Source of the DNA: an uncultured bacterium
GTDB taxonomy: Bacteria > Latescibacterota > MWCZ01 > CAZVGZ01
DNA length: 64,000 bases
Assembly (NCBI GenBank): GCA_964627605.1
Contig: CAZVGZ010000009.1
Span: 31,533-95,532, forward strand
Reading direction: 5' to 3'
The notes beneath the pieces are model-generated. The model did not search any database. It worked only from the letters and a program-made list of their open reading frames with translations, and was not told where the DNA came from. Both the position numbers and the translations under genes were made by a program. Positions 9,347 through 19,811 of the stretch are shown one piece after another. Numbering within the stretch: the stretch's first letter is position 1; every line of letters starts with the position of its first letter.

Positions 9347-10966
9347 CTAACCTTCCCGAATCGGCTCGATCCCGTCTGACGTGACCCTTATTCGCTGCGA
9401 ACGCATGAGCGACTCGAAAGAGTCGTGGTAAACATATAGAGCCACGTCCGGCTCCAATTCCACCATCCCGCCCATTACCCAGATCGCTGAATCGATCATG
9501 GTACCCTGGTCCCAGGTGACACCGTCGTCCCAGCTCAGATGAACAGTACATCCAGGCATCCGATGCGCCACCAAAATTGCGCCTGACGACATTCTAAGCA
9601 TGTTGGATGTCGCGTACCCAGGAAAAGGCCCCCGTACCGCAGGCGTCCAGCTTGCACCGCCATCGGTAGACCACGTCTCCCACATCCAAGGCGAGTAGAT
9701 GGGCCTGATGAAAGCCATTAGATCGCCGTCACCTGTCTGCGCGCAGCATATTTCGGTAAAATCGAGATTGCCCTGCCCTGGAGTGCCATCTGTCGCGGTG
9801 GTGCCATCGATGTTTACCCACGGCGACCAGGTTTGACCGTTGTCGGTTGTACGTGTAGCGTAGGCCTGGCAATGGTGCGAGCCCCAGGTGTGGATGACGG
9901 CTGCGGGAAGCGATGATTCGTGGCCGCCATAACCAAAAATCACCACCGATCCATCCGCCAGGTTTGTAGGGGGCGCAGGATGGAGCCGCTTCACCCCGTC
10001 GGGTGGAGGGGGCAGCGCCATCTCCACCGGTTTTGACCATGAGCGACCATCGTCATCTGATACCGACAGACGGCAACCGCTTTCGTCAGAGATCACCATC
10101 CGCAAGACGCCGTCTGGAAAAACATGGATCGTGCCCCACCCGTCCCACCCCTCCGGCTTCATTGCAGACATTGGTAGAGGCGTTTGCCACGTTCGCCCGT
10201 TGTCTGTAGAACGCGCGATCAGCGGGATGGTTGAATCACCCCAACGTGGTTCTTGCTGTAGGAATCCAAGAAGCAGATCGCCTCCTTTGGTCCGCACAAT
10301 CTGACCGGGTTTCTGCCACAGTCTGTCTCCTCCTGCGGGTATCGGATGCAACCAGTTTTGTGGGGGTGTTTCCGTTGTGTCCCACGGCGTGACTGGCAGG
10401 CTGTCTCCTCGGACTTTGACACTGCGGATACCTGGGCTTCCGAACCGGTAGATCCCGATCCTTCCCTGTCTGCCCAGATCGGGATGCTCAACTGAAAACT
10501 TCCCTGCTCTGCCGATACGAACGTCGATCCGCCCGTCTACTATTTCCAAGTGTGCGTCGGTCCACAGCGCGTTGGTGCTCGCGACACGCTGAACGAGCTC
10601 CAACTTGACTACCCGCAGATAGCCGCTGTCGTCCATCACCGAAAGAGTTGCCCAGAAATGTTGCGCACGGCTTGCCTGGCCGCAGTTAGGAAAATGGAGG
10701 ACGAGAAAGTGGGCTGGGTCGATAGCCCCGACGATGAGGCCGACATCGGAATGGGGTGTCAGTCGAAAACGAAAATCTGCGGTCAGATTACCGAAAACTT
10801 TGTCGTTTAGAAATGCGTACTGGTGGCCCTGCATCGCATCGCCGTCAACTCGACGCAGCGATTCATCAACCGCCAATTCGCCATCGCTCTCGTCGTTCCA
10901 TCTCTGCCCCACGAAGGTCCATCGGCTGCCGTCGTCGATCCGCAGCTTTTCGCTCTGACTGCTCAT
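9347..10966 (-). CDS. BNR/Asp-box repeat sialidase-like glycoside hydrolase with N-terminal lectin-like domain
   Basis: Five Asp-box repeats (STDNGRTW, SDDDGRSW, TTDNGQTW, STDGGASW, SWDDGVTW) follow a roughly 190-aa beta-sandwich-looking N-terminal region. No signal peptide. Confidence 0.75.
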   Translation of the reverse strand: MSSQSEKLRIDDGSRWTFVGQRWNDESDGELAVDESLRRVDGDAMQGHQYAFLNDKVFGNLTADFRFRLTPHSDVGLIVGAIDPAHFLVLHFPNCGQASRAQHFWATLSVMDDSGYLRVVKLELVQRVASTNALWTDAHLEIVDGRIDVRIGRAGKFSVEHPDLGRQGRIGIYRFGSPGIRSVKVRGDSLPVTPWDTTETPPQNWLHPIPAGGDRLWQKPGQIVRTKGGDLLLGFLQQEPRWGDSTIPLIARSTDNGRTWQTPLPMSAMKPEGWDGWGTIHVFPDGVLRMVISDESGCRLSVSDDDGRSWSKPVEMALPPPPDGVKRLHPAPPTNLADGSVVIFGYGGHESSLPAAVIHTWGSHHCQAYATRTTDNGQTWSPWVNIDGTTATDGTPGQGNLDFTEICCAQTGDGDLMAFIRPIYSPWMWETWSTDGGASWTPAVRGPFPGYATSNMLRMSSGAILVAHRMPGCTVHLSWDDGVTWDQGTMIDSAIWVMGGMVELEPDVALYVYHDSFESLMRSQRIRVTSDGIEPIREG

Positions 10967-11597
10967 TTTGGTCTCCAGTTAGGCGTTGTTTACGTTTTTC
11001 TGCATCAACTGTGCCTGGCACCAACACAGTCTTCAACATGCCGCACAAAAGAAAACTCTCCGCCGACATCCCTAATATCCAGGTGGTGTTCTCGAATATA
11101 TTCCCTTGATAGCGGCAGGAGAATCCCGCCGGTGCGTTCAGGATGCAACTCCTAACGAAAGAGATAAGATGGAGAACTCTACATAGGCGCTTTGGTCAAT
11201 GCCCGAGTGTACGGCAGATACATGTACGATGACTCCACGCAGAGTCAAATTGGCCGAGTATCGATCGATATCTGGGGTCCAGTAGCGTTGGCCGGCTCCT
11301 ACAAAGGGACGATGGTGTTTGACCTTGAATTCGTCATATCGCAGGGCCCAAATTTTTTTTGACGATGTCGGTTCTGCGGTTGGCTCGGTAGAAGTTGGTG
11401 GTCGAGAGGTGTCGATAGAGATTGAGGGCTTTGCCGCAGACCAAGATTTCTATTCCTCGGATGGCTGTGAACCGTTTATAATACCGATAGGCGGTATCAA
11501 TCTTACCGTACCCGCGCCTACCGGCATGTGACCTACTTTTTTTGCTGCGGTTGGTGCCGCCAATTCCTTGCGGTCAGTTGATTACGTCCTCCGGCGG

Positions 11598-13862
11598 CTA
11601 CCCCCTGGTGGCGATACCTTTGCGAAGAATGAACGAATCGAGCGTGTCCACTATCGTGCCGTCGGTCCTCACCCAATGCGCGGTGCATTCGAGACGATGC
11701 TTTTCGGCTTTGATTTCGCAGAAATGGTAGCGGTAGTATTCGCCAATGTCGTTCTTGCGTTCGTCGAGATCGGGATCGACACGGTGCGGCGGGATGTCTA
11801 TCTGCTGCCACTCGCGGTATTTGCGATTGTCAAGCTGCGAACCGCCGCCACCGGTGACCAGATACGAGACCGTGTTTCCCTCGCCCGTCTCAGGATCGTA
11901 GGGCGGGTGCGGAAGACCGCGTTCGTATGTGTGGGCGTGGCCTGAGATGCACAGATCAACGCGATACTCCTCCATCACCGGCACCAGGTGGTCTCTAAGC
12001 TCCACCTCGCCGTCGTAGTACCCTCCCTCCCACGTCTCGCAGAACGGTGGGGCGTGGACCAAGAGGATCGTCCAGTGGGCGTCACGCGACGCCCTGAGGT
12101 CTTGCCTAAGCCACTCAAGCTGCGGGGTGTCTTTTGTAAGTCCGTAGTCGTCTTTGTCAGGTCCGATGCCGTAGAGCGCGTCCACAAAAACAACGTGAAC
12201 GCCGCCATAATCCAGACTGTAGCAAAAAGGGATGTCGCCCAACTCCGTTCCAACGGGCTCAAACCGGTTCTGGAGATGCGGGTTGTCGTCCCGTCCGCCG
12301 TGTTGCCAGCCTCCGTGATCGTGGTTGCCTGGCGTGAAGTGAATCGGCAGTGCGCCGTCTGCATAGCGGATCGGGTGGAGGAGATGGTCCACAAACTCCC
12401 AATCGTTGATGCCGTCGCCTACTATGTCGCCAGCCGTCAGCATCAGGTCGGGTTTGATCTCGGAAATCTGATTGACAATCCCCTCCAAAATCCCAGGACC
12501 GTAGTGGCTGTCACCCCAGACGGTCAGGGTCACAGGCCGAGGATCATTGGGCGCGGTGCTGAACGTGCGCGACTCGGTGGTGATGTTCACGGCGGTCAAT
12601 GTGTAGCCGTATTCGGTGTCCGGCACCAGCGATGTCAGCTCAAACCGGTGGAAACGGGAGGCTTTGTCGGTGTAGCTGGTCGTGTTGCCGTCTGGGTGAG
12701 TGAGTATCAGAGACGCTTTGCGCGCAAATAGCGATTCGGCGCGAACGACCATGCTGTCGGTCTTGGAGCTTTGAATGTAGGGCATCGCCACCAGCGGCGC
12801 ATCGCCCTCAAATCGATCCCGCAGCGCTGAGAGGTTCTCCAAGACCAGCTGTATCGCCAGGCCGGTGGCAGGATCGCCAGGAACTGCCCCAATCAGCGGC
12901 TCAGGTGCGCCACAAAGTGCTTCCACAAACTCCACATCAGGCCTCAGCTTGAGAAACCTGTCCCAAAGTGCCAGCTCGTCGTTAAGAATCTCCTCGGCGG
13001 CGATCGCTTCTGCCAAAGCTTTTGGTTGAAGCCACGCGTCGCGCAACCATCCTGCGCGGTTTGCGGGAACACGGATAGCTATCGTGTGGTTCGTGCCAGG
13101 CTCGGTGTTGGCAGATATAACAGCGAAGCCATAGTCCCTGGCAAATTCGGCCTTCTCTTCACCGTCGATCCAGATGCTGCCACGACGGTTGAACATCGCT
13201 GTCAGATGAAGTGGCGAGCCTTCGGTGGGATAGCCGCAAATCTCGGTGGGCACGGTGATCCGCATCCGATACCAGTAGCAGCTATCATCCTCCCGCCACT
13301 CCTCGCCCAGCTTTCGTGTGGGCCAGGAGTCGTGATCGATTTCGGGGTCAGATAACGGGCCATCGTCCTCCGAGGCAACATGCCACCCATCCAGCGTCAA
13401 CCCTTTTTCTGGCACGAGCTCGCCGAGGGTCTGACGCAGTTCAAGCCAACGGGTGTATGAGGTTGGATATGAGTGGATGCGGCTGTGGGCTATCAGCCCT
13501 GGTCGAGTGCCGCGATCAATCCTGACGGCCAGTCGGTAAGTTGTTCCGGTCTGGGCTGATGGGGTGATCACATGCCAGCTTCCAGCACCTATGGGTTCGT
13601 CGCCTATATAGGTCTGCTGACTACTCCTGGCCACAATGTCCAAGACCAGAGCACGACCAATCCAGTCTGCCGGGACTGTCCACTCCTGCCGCATCCACAC
13701 CACCACATCGTCATCATCCCAAATAAAAGTGCGCCCGCCGCCCATCCAAGCTTTGCTGGTATCCCACGCGTCAGCCGGGTCGATGTCGCTGGTGCGATAT
13801 TCCCATCCATCTAGATTTTCAAACGGTATCGGATCGTTGGTCTGCACGAATTTCTTGGACAT
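11598..13862 (-). CDS. calcineurin-like metallophosphoesterase (purple-acid-phosphatase-like) with large N-terminal accessory domains
   Basis: The C-terminal half carries the motifs 'VWGDSHYG', 'LTAGDIVGDG', 'TPGNHDHGG', 'LLVHAPPF' and 'SGHAHTYERG'. The N-terminal roughly 400 aa resemble sugar-binding/beta-sandwich domains. 754 aa, no signal peptide. Confidence 0.8.
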   Translation of the reverse strand: MSKKFVQTNDPIPFENLDGWEYRTSDIDPADAWDTSKAWMGGGRTFIWDDDDVVVWMRQEWTVPADWIGRALVLDIVARSSQQTYIGDEPIGAGSWHVITPSAQTGTTYRLAVRIDRGTRPGLIAHSRIHSYPTSYTRWLELRQTLGELVPEKGLTLDGWHVASEDDGPLSDPEIDHDSWPTRKLGEEWREDDSCYWYRMRITVPTEICGYPTEGSPLHLTAMFNRRGSIWIDGEEKAEFARDYGFAVISANTEPGTNHTIAIRVPANRAGWLRDAWLQPKALAEAIAAEEILNDELALWDRFLKLRPDVEFVEALCGAPEPLIGAVPGDPATGLAIQLVLENLSALRDRFEGDAPLVAMPYIQSSKTDSMVVRAESLFARKASLILTHPDGNTTSYTDKASRFHRFELTSLVPDTEYGYTLTAVNITTESRTFSTAPNDPRPVTLTVWGDSHYGPGILEGIVNQISEIKPDLMLTAGDIVGDGINDWEFVDHLLHPIRYADGALPIHFTPGNHDHGGWQHGGRDDNPHLQNRFEPVGTELGDIPFCYSLDYGGVHVVFVDALYGIGPDKDDYGLTKDTPQLEWLRQDLRASRDAHWTILLVHAPPFCETWEGGYYDGEVELRDHLVPVMEEYRVDLCISGHAHTYERGLPHPPYDPETGEGNTVSYLVTGGGGSQLDNRKYREWQQIDIPPHRVDPDLDERKNDIGEYYRYHFCEIKAEKHRLECTAHWVRTDGTIVDTLDSFILRKGIATRG

Positions 13863-13922
13863 ACTGCTCCACAGGTGTCATTGAGGTGCGCGTAGGTTGG
13901 TGGATATTGGAGATGGTGGTGT

Positions 13923-14840
13923 CTATCCCCACCTCTGCGTCATTGGCCGAGGGGTGTAGGAGCGATGAAGTTGGTCGAACCTCTCCCATTCCGCGACAAC
14001 GTCGCCGGGGCGCTCTAGACTTCGCACCAGGATGTCCGCCTCAGGCGGGTAGCATGTCGACGGCTCTTCCGGGTCCTGCTGTTCCCTGAGCGGGCCGTCT
14101 GAAGTCATCGCGTTTGTAGGCAACGCCGCGCTTTGGTAGCGCATATCGAAGCTCCAACGTATCACGTCGATGGCGTTTACACCTGATTTGTGGGGAGAGT
14201 GGTTGGACAGAAGTAGAGCGCCGCATTTTGGCACCGGGACAAGAACCGGGTTCGACTGCGGCATCTCTTCGGCGGCGATAAACAGAAACGGGTTACCCCT
14301 TAAGTGTTTGACCAAAGGATCAAGATGCGCTTTCGGTAGCACTTCCAAACACCCGGTCTTGAGGGTCGCATCAACCAGAGGGAACCACACAGTCAGAACC
14401 AATGAAGGGTCGCAAAACGGTTCGAAGTAGGTCGAGTCCTGATGCCAGGGCACCACACCGTGGGCGAAGCCAGGCACTTTTGGCCTGACCCGGTAGGCCG
14501 ATGAGGCGATTATCTCCGGCCCAACCAGACACTCTACCATGTCTAACATTTTCGGGTGTTTTAGCAGATCAAAAATAGCTGGGCCTGAAAGCTGACCCGA
14601 ACTGATCGACCAGTAGACCTCCTCTGTCACTTTGCCAAGCCGTGTCAGCCGCGTCTCGAATCCCTCTTCTTCATACGCGTTTTCTATTTTTCCCTGATCC
14701 ACTAACCCCTGTGCCCGAACGTCTATTTCTTGAGTCAACTCGTTGATGACCGGTTGAAGATCGTCATCGGAGAACAATCTATCGACTAGGAGATACCCAT
14801 CCTCATTAAAATCAACGGTTTGCACATCTGTCAAGCGCAT
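13923..14840 (-). CDS. phytanoyl-CoA dioxygenase (PhyH) family Fe(II)/2-oxoglutarate oxygenase
   Basis: N-terminal 'FNEDGYLLVDRLFS', HxD in 'PWHQDSTYF', and a distal His in 'SNHSPHKSG'. Confidence 0.8.
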   Translation of the reverse strand: MRLTDVQTVDFNEDGYLLVDRLFSDDDLQPVINELTQEIDVRAQGLVDQGKIENAYEEEGFETRLTRLGKVTEEVYWSISSGQLSGPAIFDLLKHPKMLDMVECLVGPEIIASSAYRVRPKVPGFAHGVVPWHQDSTYFEPFCDPSLVLTVWFPLVDATLKTGCLEVLPKAHLDPLVKHLRGNPFLFIAAEEMPQSNPVLVPVPKCGALLLSNHSPHKSGVNAIDVIRWSFDMRYQSAALPTNAMTSDGPLREQQDPEEPSTCYPPEADILVRSLERPGDVVAEWERFDQLHRSYTPRPMTQRWG

Positions 14841-14871
14841 ACTTTCTCCTGCATATATATCCGGCGAATGA

Positions 14872-16017
14872 TTAACTCCCAGACAGGTGATCGGCGAGGC
14901 CGTCAGCTAGAGATGCCCCGGCGTTTTGATAGTCAGTTCGCGTGAGAACGTGATCCCCCACCATGCTGTAGGGGGTTTCGATGGTCATCCCGCATACGCC
15001 ATGCACCCCCGCCAAATAGCCTCCAATGGCACCTCCTGGCCAGCGGGACGGATAGTCGGGCACGATAGAGAACGGATCGGCTCTGATCTCATCGGGCAAC
15101 CAGCTCCCCAGCCTTTCCGCCCATATCCGGGCCACCCTTTTCTGCTCTTCGTCGACATCCTTGCGCGGCAAAAACAGGTAAGCGCCGCTGTTCTCGCACG
15201 CCCCAGGCGCATGAAAGTCAATCGCCAAGCTTGGTCGGCACCGCTCCATCCAACGTCTTATATCCTGCTGCATTACGAGGGTTTCGTGGCGCATAGGCGG
15301 CTGTCCCCAGGCGCGGTTTAGATCGTGGGGAAACGGGTCTTTGCCGTAATCGCCGTCTACTACCCCGTCAATGTTTGCCGTCGGGATCGCCCATATCAGG
15401 GGAGCGTCGTCACTGATTTCGGCTATTCTACGCAAGAACCCATCAAGCACCCACGCTCCTGATGTCTCTCCGCTGTGCTGTTGGGCGGTGCAGAAGACTC
15501 CAGGTCGATCAGGGTCGGTCTCTCCATATGAGTTGCTAAGACGCCTCATCGCTCGTCCGGCCTGGCTAACGCCTATGGAATCGACTTTCCAGTAGCCGTT
15601 GCAGTCACTGATCAGCGCGTCAACACTCTCAGGACCGTACGGAAAACACCATGCAACCTCTATCTCATAGGGAGCAGGAACCACATCCCACGATACCAGC
15701 TTCTGTCCATCGGGCTCCTGCTGAACGACTGGTGCTCCCAACCGGGTCCAATCGTCACCCTCCACCTGAACCACCGGCCTCATGGTCTCGGGCTGCCCTC
15801 CACCAAGGAGTGTACCGGTGTGGCGGAGTGTTAAGCTTAGGGATTTCGCAGAAGGCGCGTCACCACCGGTCCAGCGCGCTCCAAAATGAAACCAGAGCGC
15901 TTCGGTCCCTCCGTGCGGATGCGCCGTGAAGCCGATCTCACAGCGGTCCGAGTGATCGACTATGGATACATCGGCGACATTGGGCGAACTCACATCTGTT
16001 TCGACAATGTAGGGCAC
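14872..16017 (-). CDS. M14-family zinc carboxypeptidase-like protein with N-terminal beta-sandwich domain
   Basis: HxxE zinc motif 'QQHSGETSGAW', a third-ligand context 'IDFHAPG', and 'NRAW'. The overall layout resembles cytosolic-carboxypeptidase-type M14 enzymes. Confidence 0.65.
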   Translation of the reverse strand: MPYIVETDVSSPNVADVSIVDHSDRCEIGFTAHPHGGTEALWFHFGARWTGGDAPSAKSLSLTLRHTGTLLGGGQPETMRPVVQVEGDDWTRLGAPVVQQEPDGQKLVSWDVVPAPYEIEVAWCFPYGPESVDALISDCNGYWKVDSIGVSQAGRAMRRLSNSYGETDPDRPGVFCTAQQHSGETSGAWVLDGFLRRIAEISDDAPLIWAIPTANIDGVVDGDYGKDPFPHDLNRAWGQPPMRHETLVMQQDIRRWMERCRPSLAIDFHAPGACENSGAYLFLPRKDVDEEQKRVARIWAERLGSWLPDEIRADPFSIVPDYPSRWPGGAIGGYLAGVHGVCGMTIETPYSMVGDHVLTRTDYQNAGASLADGLADHLSGS

Positions 16018-16099
16018 AATAGACCTTATCTAAAGTCCGTATCGTGACCACGAAAAATAGCGCGGTCCGTTGGCTGGAAATCCTATTGTGAGTTGTCGA

Positions 16100-16936
16100 T
16101 CAACCCCGCGACGACTCTTTACGTGATTCTCGTTCCTGCTCAATGCGTTCGACCAGAATATCCTCATTGTCGGTGATCTGCTGTAGATATTTCGTACGCG
16201 ACTCCGGCCCTGTTTGGCGAATCAGATGAGAGTGCATCTGGGTGACCCAGAATCTGGCTTGCGCGCCGATGGTGTCCCTGAGCGACTCGATCTGCTCTGG
16301 AGTCTGGCACTGCTCGCAGAAGTTCATGGTGAACATCCGGCGGTTCTGGTTGCCACCGAAGGCAGCGTGCTTTAGCCGCTGATTGAACAGCACAAGCTCG
16401 CCAGGTTTAACTTCCAGCGGTACTGATGACACCTCCTGTGGCGAAACGCCCCAGTTTTCTTCAAGGTTTGGGAGCTCATCATGTATTTTGGTGGCGTATG
16501 GATCGTCCAACCGATGGCTCCATGGAATCACTCTTAGGCAGCCGGTGTCTCTGGTCAGCGGGTTGAAATAGAACGCGATCTTGATCCACCTTACATCTCT
16601 GCTCCAGCTGTCCGAATGCCAGTGGGTGTCGCCTGAGTAGAAATTGCTATCCCCGGCGAGGTAGCTGAACTCGTCGCCAAGAAGCCCCGCTATAATCCCT
16701 AATATCCGTGGGTCATCCAACAGGCCGCACAACCGTTCGCTCTGCCCAACAGAAGGCACGATGCAGGTTCGCTCGCCGCCAGTGTGGCTTGGGATGTCGG
16801 TACCAGCGCCGGTGCACCGACGAAAAACATCCTCGAATTCGTCGGTAATCCAACCGATATCGTCCGTTATCAAACCTGGAAACCCCAAGTACCCGAAAGC
16901 CTCAAAGAATCGGCGCTGCTGTTCGGTTAGCTGCAA
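16100..16936 (-). CDS. phytanoyl-CoA dioxygenase (PhyH) family oxygenase
   Basis: 'FFEAFGYLGFPGL', HxD in 'HWHSDS', and a distal His in 'RLKHAAFGG'. Confidence 0.75.
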   Translation of the reverse strand: MQLTEQQRRFFEAFGYLGFPGLITDDIGWITDEFEDVFRRCTGAGTDIPSHTGGERTCIVPSVGQSERLCGLLDDPRILGIIAGLLGDEFSYLAGDSNFYSGDTHWHSDSWSRDVRWIKIAFYFNPLTRDTGCLRVIPWSHRLDDPYATKIHDELPNLEENWGVSPQEVSSVPLEVKPGELVLFNQRLKHAAFGGNQNRRMFTMNFCEQCQTPEQIESLRDTIGAQARFWVTQMHSHLIRQTGPESRTKYLQQITDNEDILVERIEQERESRKESSRG

Positions 16937-17007
16937 ATCGTGTCCCCATATTTTCTATCGTGCTTTTCCCGACGGCTCGCCCGCACCATTCTCGCCCAAA
17001 AAAACGC

Positions 17008-17370
17008 CTATTCGACAGCTGTTTGACCAGTCCGTCGTTCAGCGGCTATGACCGCCCAGAGCTGTAGGACGAACGCCAATGACAGAAACGCCCAGTGAAA
17101 CTGCTGCGGTACTGACCACCTGCTCACCAAGAGCATGGACGCCGTCAAAGACAGGTATGCCACCAAAACTGACGCCCGCAATTTCCCGGCGCGGCGGTTA
17201 GCGATGTGCACCGACACAGGGAGGAAGACGCACTCGGTTGCAGGCATCAGCCTCAAGGCGTGCCAGTCATCAATAAGCAACGCACCGACTGCTCCCAACG
17301 CCCCGCCAATCGTCCCTGCGACTACCAATCTCTCCAACGAGGCCCGTGTCTGCCTGATCTGGGTGCTCAC
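17008..17370 (-). CDS. hypothetical membrane protein
   Basis: 120 aa with three or four hydrophobic helices. No family recognised. Confidence 0.4.
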   Translation of the reverse strand: MSTQIRQTRASLERLVVAGTIGGALGAVGALLIDDWHALRLMPATECVFLPVSVHIANRRAGKLRASVLVAYLSLTASMLLVSRWSVPQQFHWAFLSLAFVLQLWAVIAAERRTGQTAVE

Positions 17371-17427
17371 AGGTGTCGGTTCTCTACGGCGTGGTTCTTT
17401 GAAAGTCTAGAGGTCGACGATCCTTGC

Positions 17428-18504
17428 TTATCGCAGCCAATCGTCCAGATGTTGGGAGACGAACTCGTCGTCGTTGAGATGCGGATAGGCATTTTGAACA
17501 CGGTCCAACTCTTCAGCCTGCCCCAGCGAAAGTCCCTCGTCCCGATCCAGACACCATATGCCTTTCATCAGCCCTTGCCTCACCAAGACCTCGTGGACAC
17601 CAGCGATACAGCCAGCAAAGCCGTTTGCAGCATCAAAGACCACAGCGTTGGCGTCGGTGATCTGTGCCGCTAAGCTCAGATGCTCAGTGTTGAGGCGGAC
17701 CGCGCCCTGATTGATCCTATGCGCCAAAGAGAGATGATGGACAGCTCTTGAAGTCCATACCGCCCAATGCCCCAAAAGCCCGCCCTTGACACCTACGGCA
17801 ACCGGTTCTCCATCTGGGCCTGCGACAGTGAACGATGTGATGAGATCAACGAGGATATTGTCGTCATTGCCTGTGTAGACCGCTATGTCGTCAGCACGCC
17901 CGGAGGCAGCGACGGCCCTTACGACATCCAACGTCTGATACCGGTTGAACGGCGCGATCTTGATCGCTACGACATTCTCTATCTCAGCGAAACGCTGCCA
18001 GAAATTGTGACTCAGGAGCCTCCCGCCTGCTGCCGGTTGGAGGTAGAACCCCATGATAGGGATGATCTGTGCTACATGGCGGCAGTGCTCTATTAGCGCA
18101 TCGTCATCGGCATCGGAGAGTGCAGCCAAACTCAGCAGACCGACGTGATACCCGCAGTCTGCTGCCAAATGAGCCTCTTGACTTGCCTGACTCGTCGGTC
18201 CAACCACTCCAGCGATTCTCACCACCGGCACTATACGGGTGACATCAGCAGTATCCATCTCCTCAGCGGCCAATTTCAGAACGGGGCGGTGTAGCCCAAC
18301 AGCTTTGTCGCGGATGGCGAACTGGGTGGTGTGGACGCCCACAGCCAACCCACCGGCACCAGCGGCGAGATAGTATCTAGAAAGTGCTCGCTGGCTTCTT
18401 TCATCAAGCTTGCGGGACTCGGTCAGCGCCAGGGGATGGGCAGGGATCACGAGCCCCTTATGCAACTCGTCCAGTAGGCTCTTGTGGGGCATTGGGCCTC
18501 TCAA
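17428..18504 (-). CDS. DapA-like / class I aldolase superfamily protein (uncharacterised subfamily)
   Basis: 'LVIPAHPLALTESRKLDERSQRALSRYYLAAGAGGLAVGVHTTQF' matches, from memory, proteins annotated as the dihydrodipicolinate synthase family. Its start overlaps the upstream gene's stop as ATGA at 18501-18504. Confidence 0.5.
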   Translation of the reverse strand: MRGPMPHKSLLDELHKGLVIPAHPLALTESRKLDERSQRALSRYYLAAGAGGLAVGVHTTQFAIRDKAVGLHRPVLKLAAEEMDTADVTRIVPVVRIAGVVGPTSQASQEAHLAADCGYHVGLLSLAALSDADDDALIEHCRHVAQIIPIMGFYLQPAAGGRLLSHNFWQRFAEIENVVAIKIAPFNRYQTLDVVRAVAASGRADDIAVYTGNDDNILVDLITSFTVAGPDGEPVAVGVKGGLLGHWAVWTSRAVHHLSLAHRINQGAVRLNTEHLSLAAQITDANAVVFDAANGFAGCIAGVHEVLVRQGLMKGIWCLDRDEGLSLGQAEELDRVQNAYPHLNDDEFVSQHLDDWLR

Positions 18505-19541
18505 AATTTGCCGTCCCGTGTCTCGAAGTGGGTTGGTTTGTCGAGTGTGGACCCACTGATCTTAACCCAATGGGCTGTCCAATCAAGGAGTAGCTCGGTG
18601 CTTACGGTTGGCGGGCTCAAGAGTTGGTGGGCGAGCGAGGCGTCTGACAGGAGTGCGGTCTGCTCTTCGGTGCCAGTAATGATCGGCTCCCTTCCCAGCC
18701 TTCTCCCAAGTTCGTGAGCGAGCTCTCTGACCGAATGGGCTGTTTTCCCAGTGACGTTGAGAACTTTTGGCGGCGTACCTACGTGCTCAAACGATTCGAG
18801 AACTGCGGCGTTGGCATCGCCTTGCCATATGAAATTCAGATGCCCTGTGCTCACGTCTACAGGTTGGTCGGATTGGATTTTCGACGCGATGTCCAGCAGG
18901 ACCCCATATCTTAGATCGACGGCGTAGTTCAGTCGAAAAAACAGCACCGGGGTTTTGGTTTTTTCGGCCCAGTAGTGAAATACCCTCTCGCGCCCCAGGC
19001 ATGATTGGGCATATTCGCCCACCGGTCCAGTGGGATCGCTCTCTTTGCTGCCGCCTTTTTCTATGTCACCGAACGGATACACATTGCCAGTCGAAAGCGC
19101 CACTATGCGAGACGCTTTAAAATGTTGGGCGACCATGCCAGGAAGGTAGGTGTTCATAGCCCAGGTCAGCGGTTCATTCGATATGGCACCGAACTTCATG
19201 CCCGCCATGTAGACTACGTTCTGGGCTTTGGGAAGCCGCTCCAACTGCTCAGGGTCGAGCAGGTCGCACGCGATGGTCTTTACACCGCAGTTCTCAATGG
19301 TTTTGCGGGCTTCGCTCGACGAGAACCTCGACACTCCGACGATTTGGCGCTTGACACCTGCCTCATCGTCGGCTCTTCGAGCGAGGGCGGCCAGCGTCGG
19401 ACCCATCTTTCCACCGACACCTAGAATCGTGATGTCGCCTTCAAGCCTATCCATCATCTCGACAAGACCTGGCGTCGGACGGGTCATCGCCTCGTCGAGC
19501 GCCGAAATGTCATCAACCGTTTTTGGCAGCGTTTGGGTCAT
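18501..19541 (-). CDS. NAD(P)-dependent epimerase/dehydratase family protein
   Basis: Rossmann motif 'ILGVGGKMGPTLA' and an extended-SDR-like length of 346 aa. Translationally coupled to 17428..18504. Confidence 0.7.
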   Translation of the reverse strand: MTQTLPKTVDDISALDEAMTRPTPGLVEMMDRLEGDITILGVGGKMGPTLAALARRADDEAGVKRQIVGVSRFSSSEARKTIENCGVKTIACDLLDPEQLERLPKAQNVVYMAGMKFGAISNEPLTWAMNTYLPGMVAQHFKASRIVALSTGNVYPFGDIEKGGSKESDPTGPVGEYAQSCLGRERVFHYWAEKTKTPVLFFRLNYAVDLRYGVLLDIASKIQSDQPVDVSTGHLNFIWQGDANAAVLESFEHVGTPPKVLNVTGKTAHSVRELAHELGRRLGREPIITGTEEQTALLSDASLAHQLLSPPTVSTELLLDWTAHWVKISGSTLDKPTHFETRDGKF

Positions 19542-19811
19542 GATCTAGCGGTTCTCGATCGCCCTTAATGAAAGTAAGCAACTCGCTCGCTATCTGACTG
19601 AGAAGTTAAGAGTAGAAAAATAATATCTGCGCCGGGTGTCAGACAACCGATCCAGACCGGTGGATCAAGACACTTTCACGTCCAGGAATGGCTGCACCCA
19701 CGACGGTCGACGGTCCAGACACTCCGAAGGAATATCTCCTGAGACGGCTCCTGTTATGCGATATGGTCGGTGCGAGGCTTATAACCGCGCATGGCAACCC
19801 GTCACAAACTC

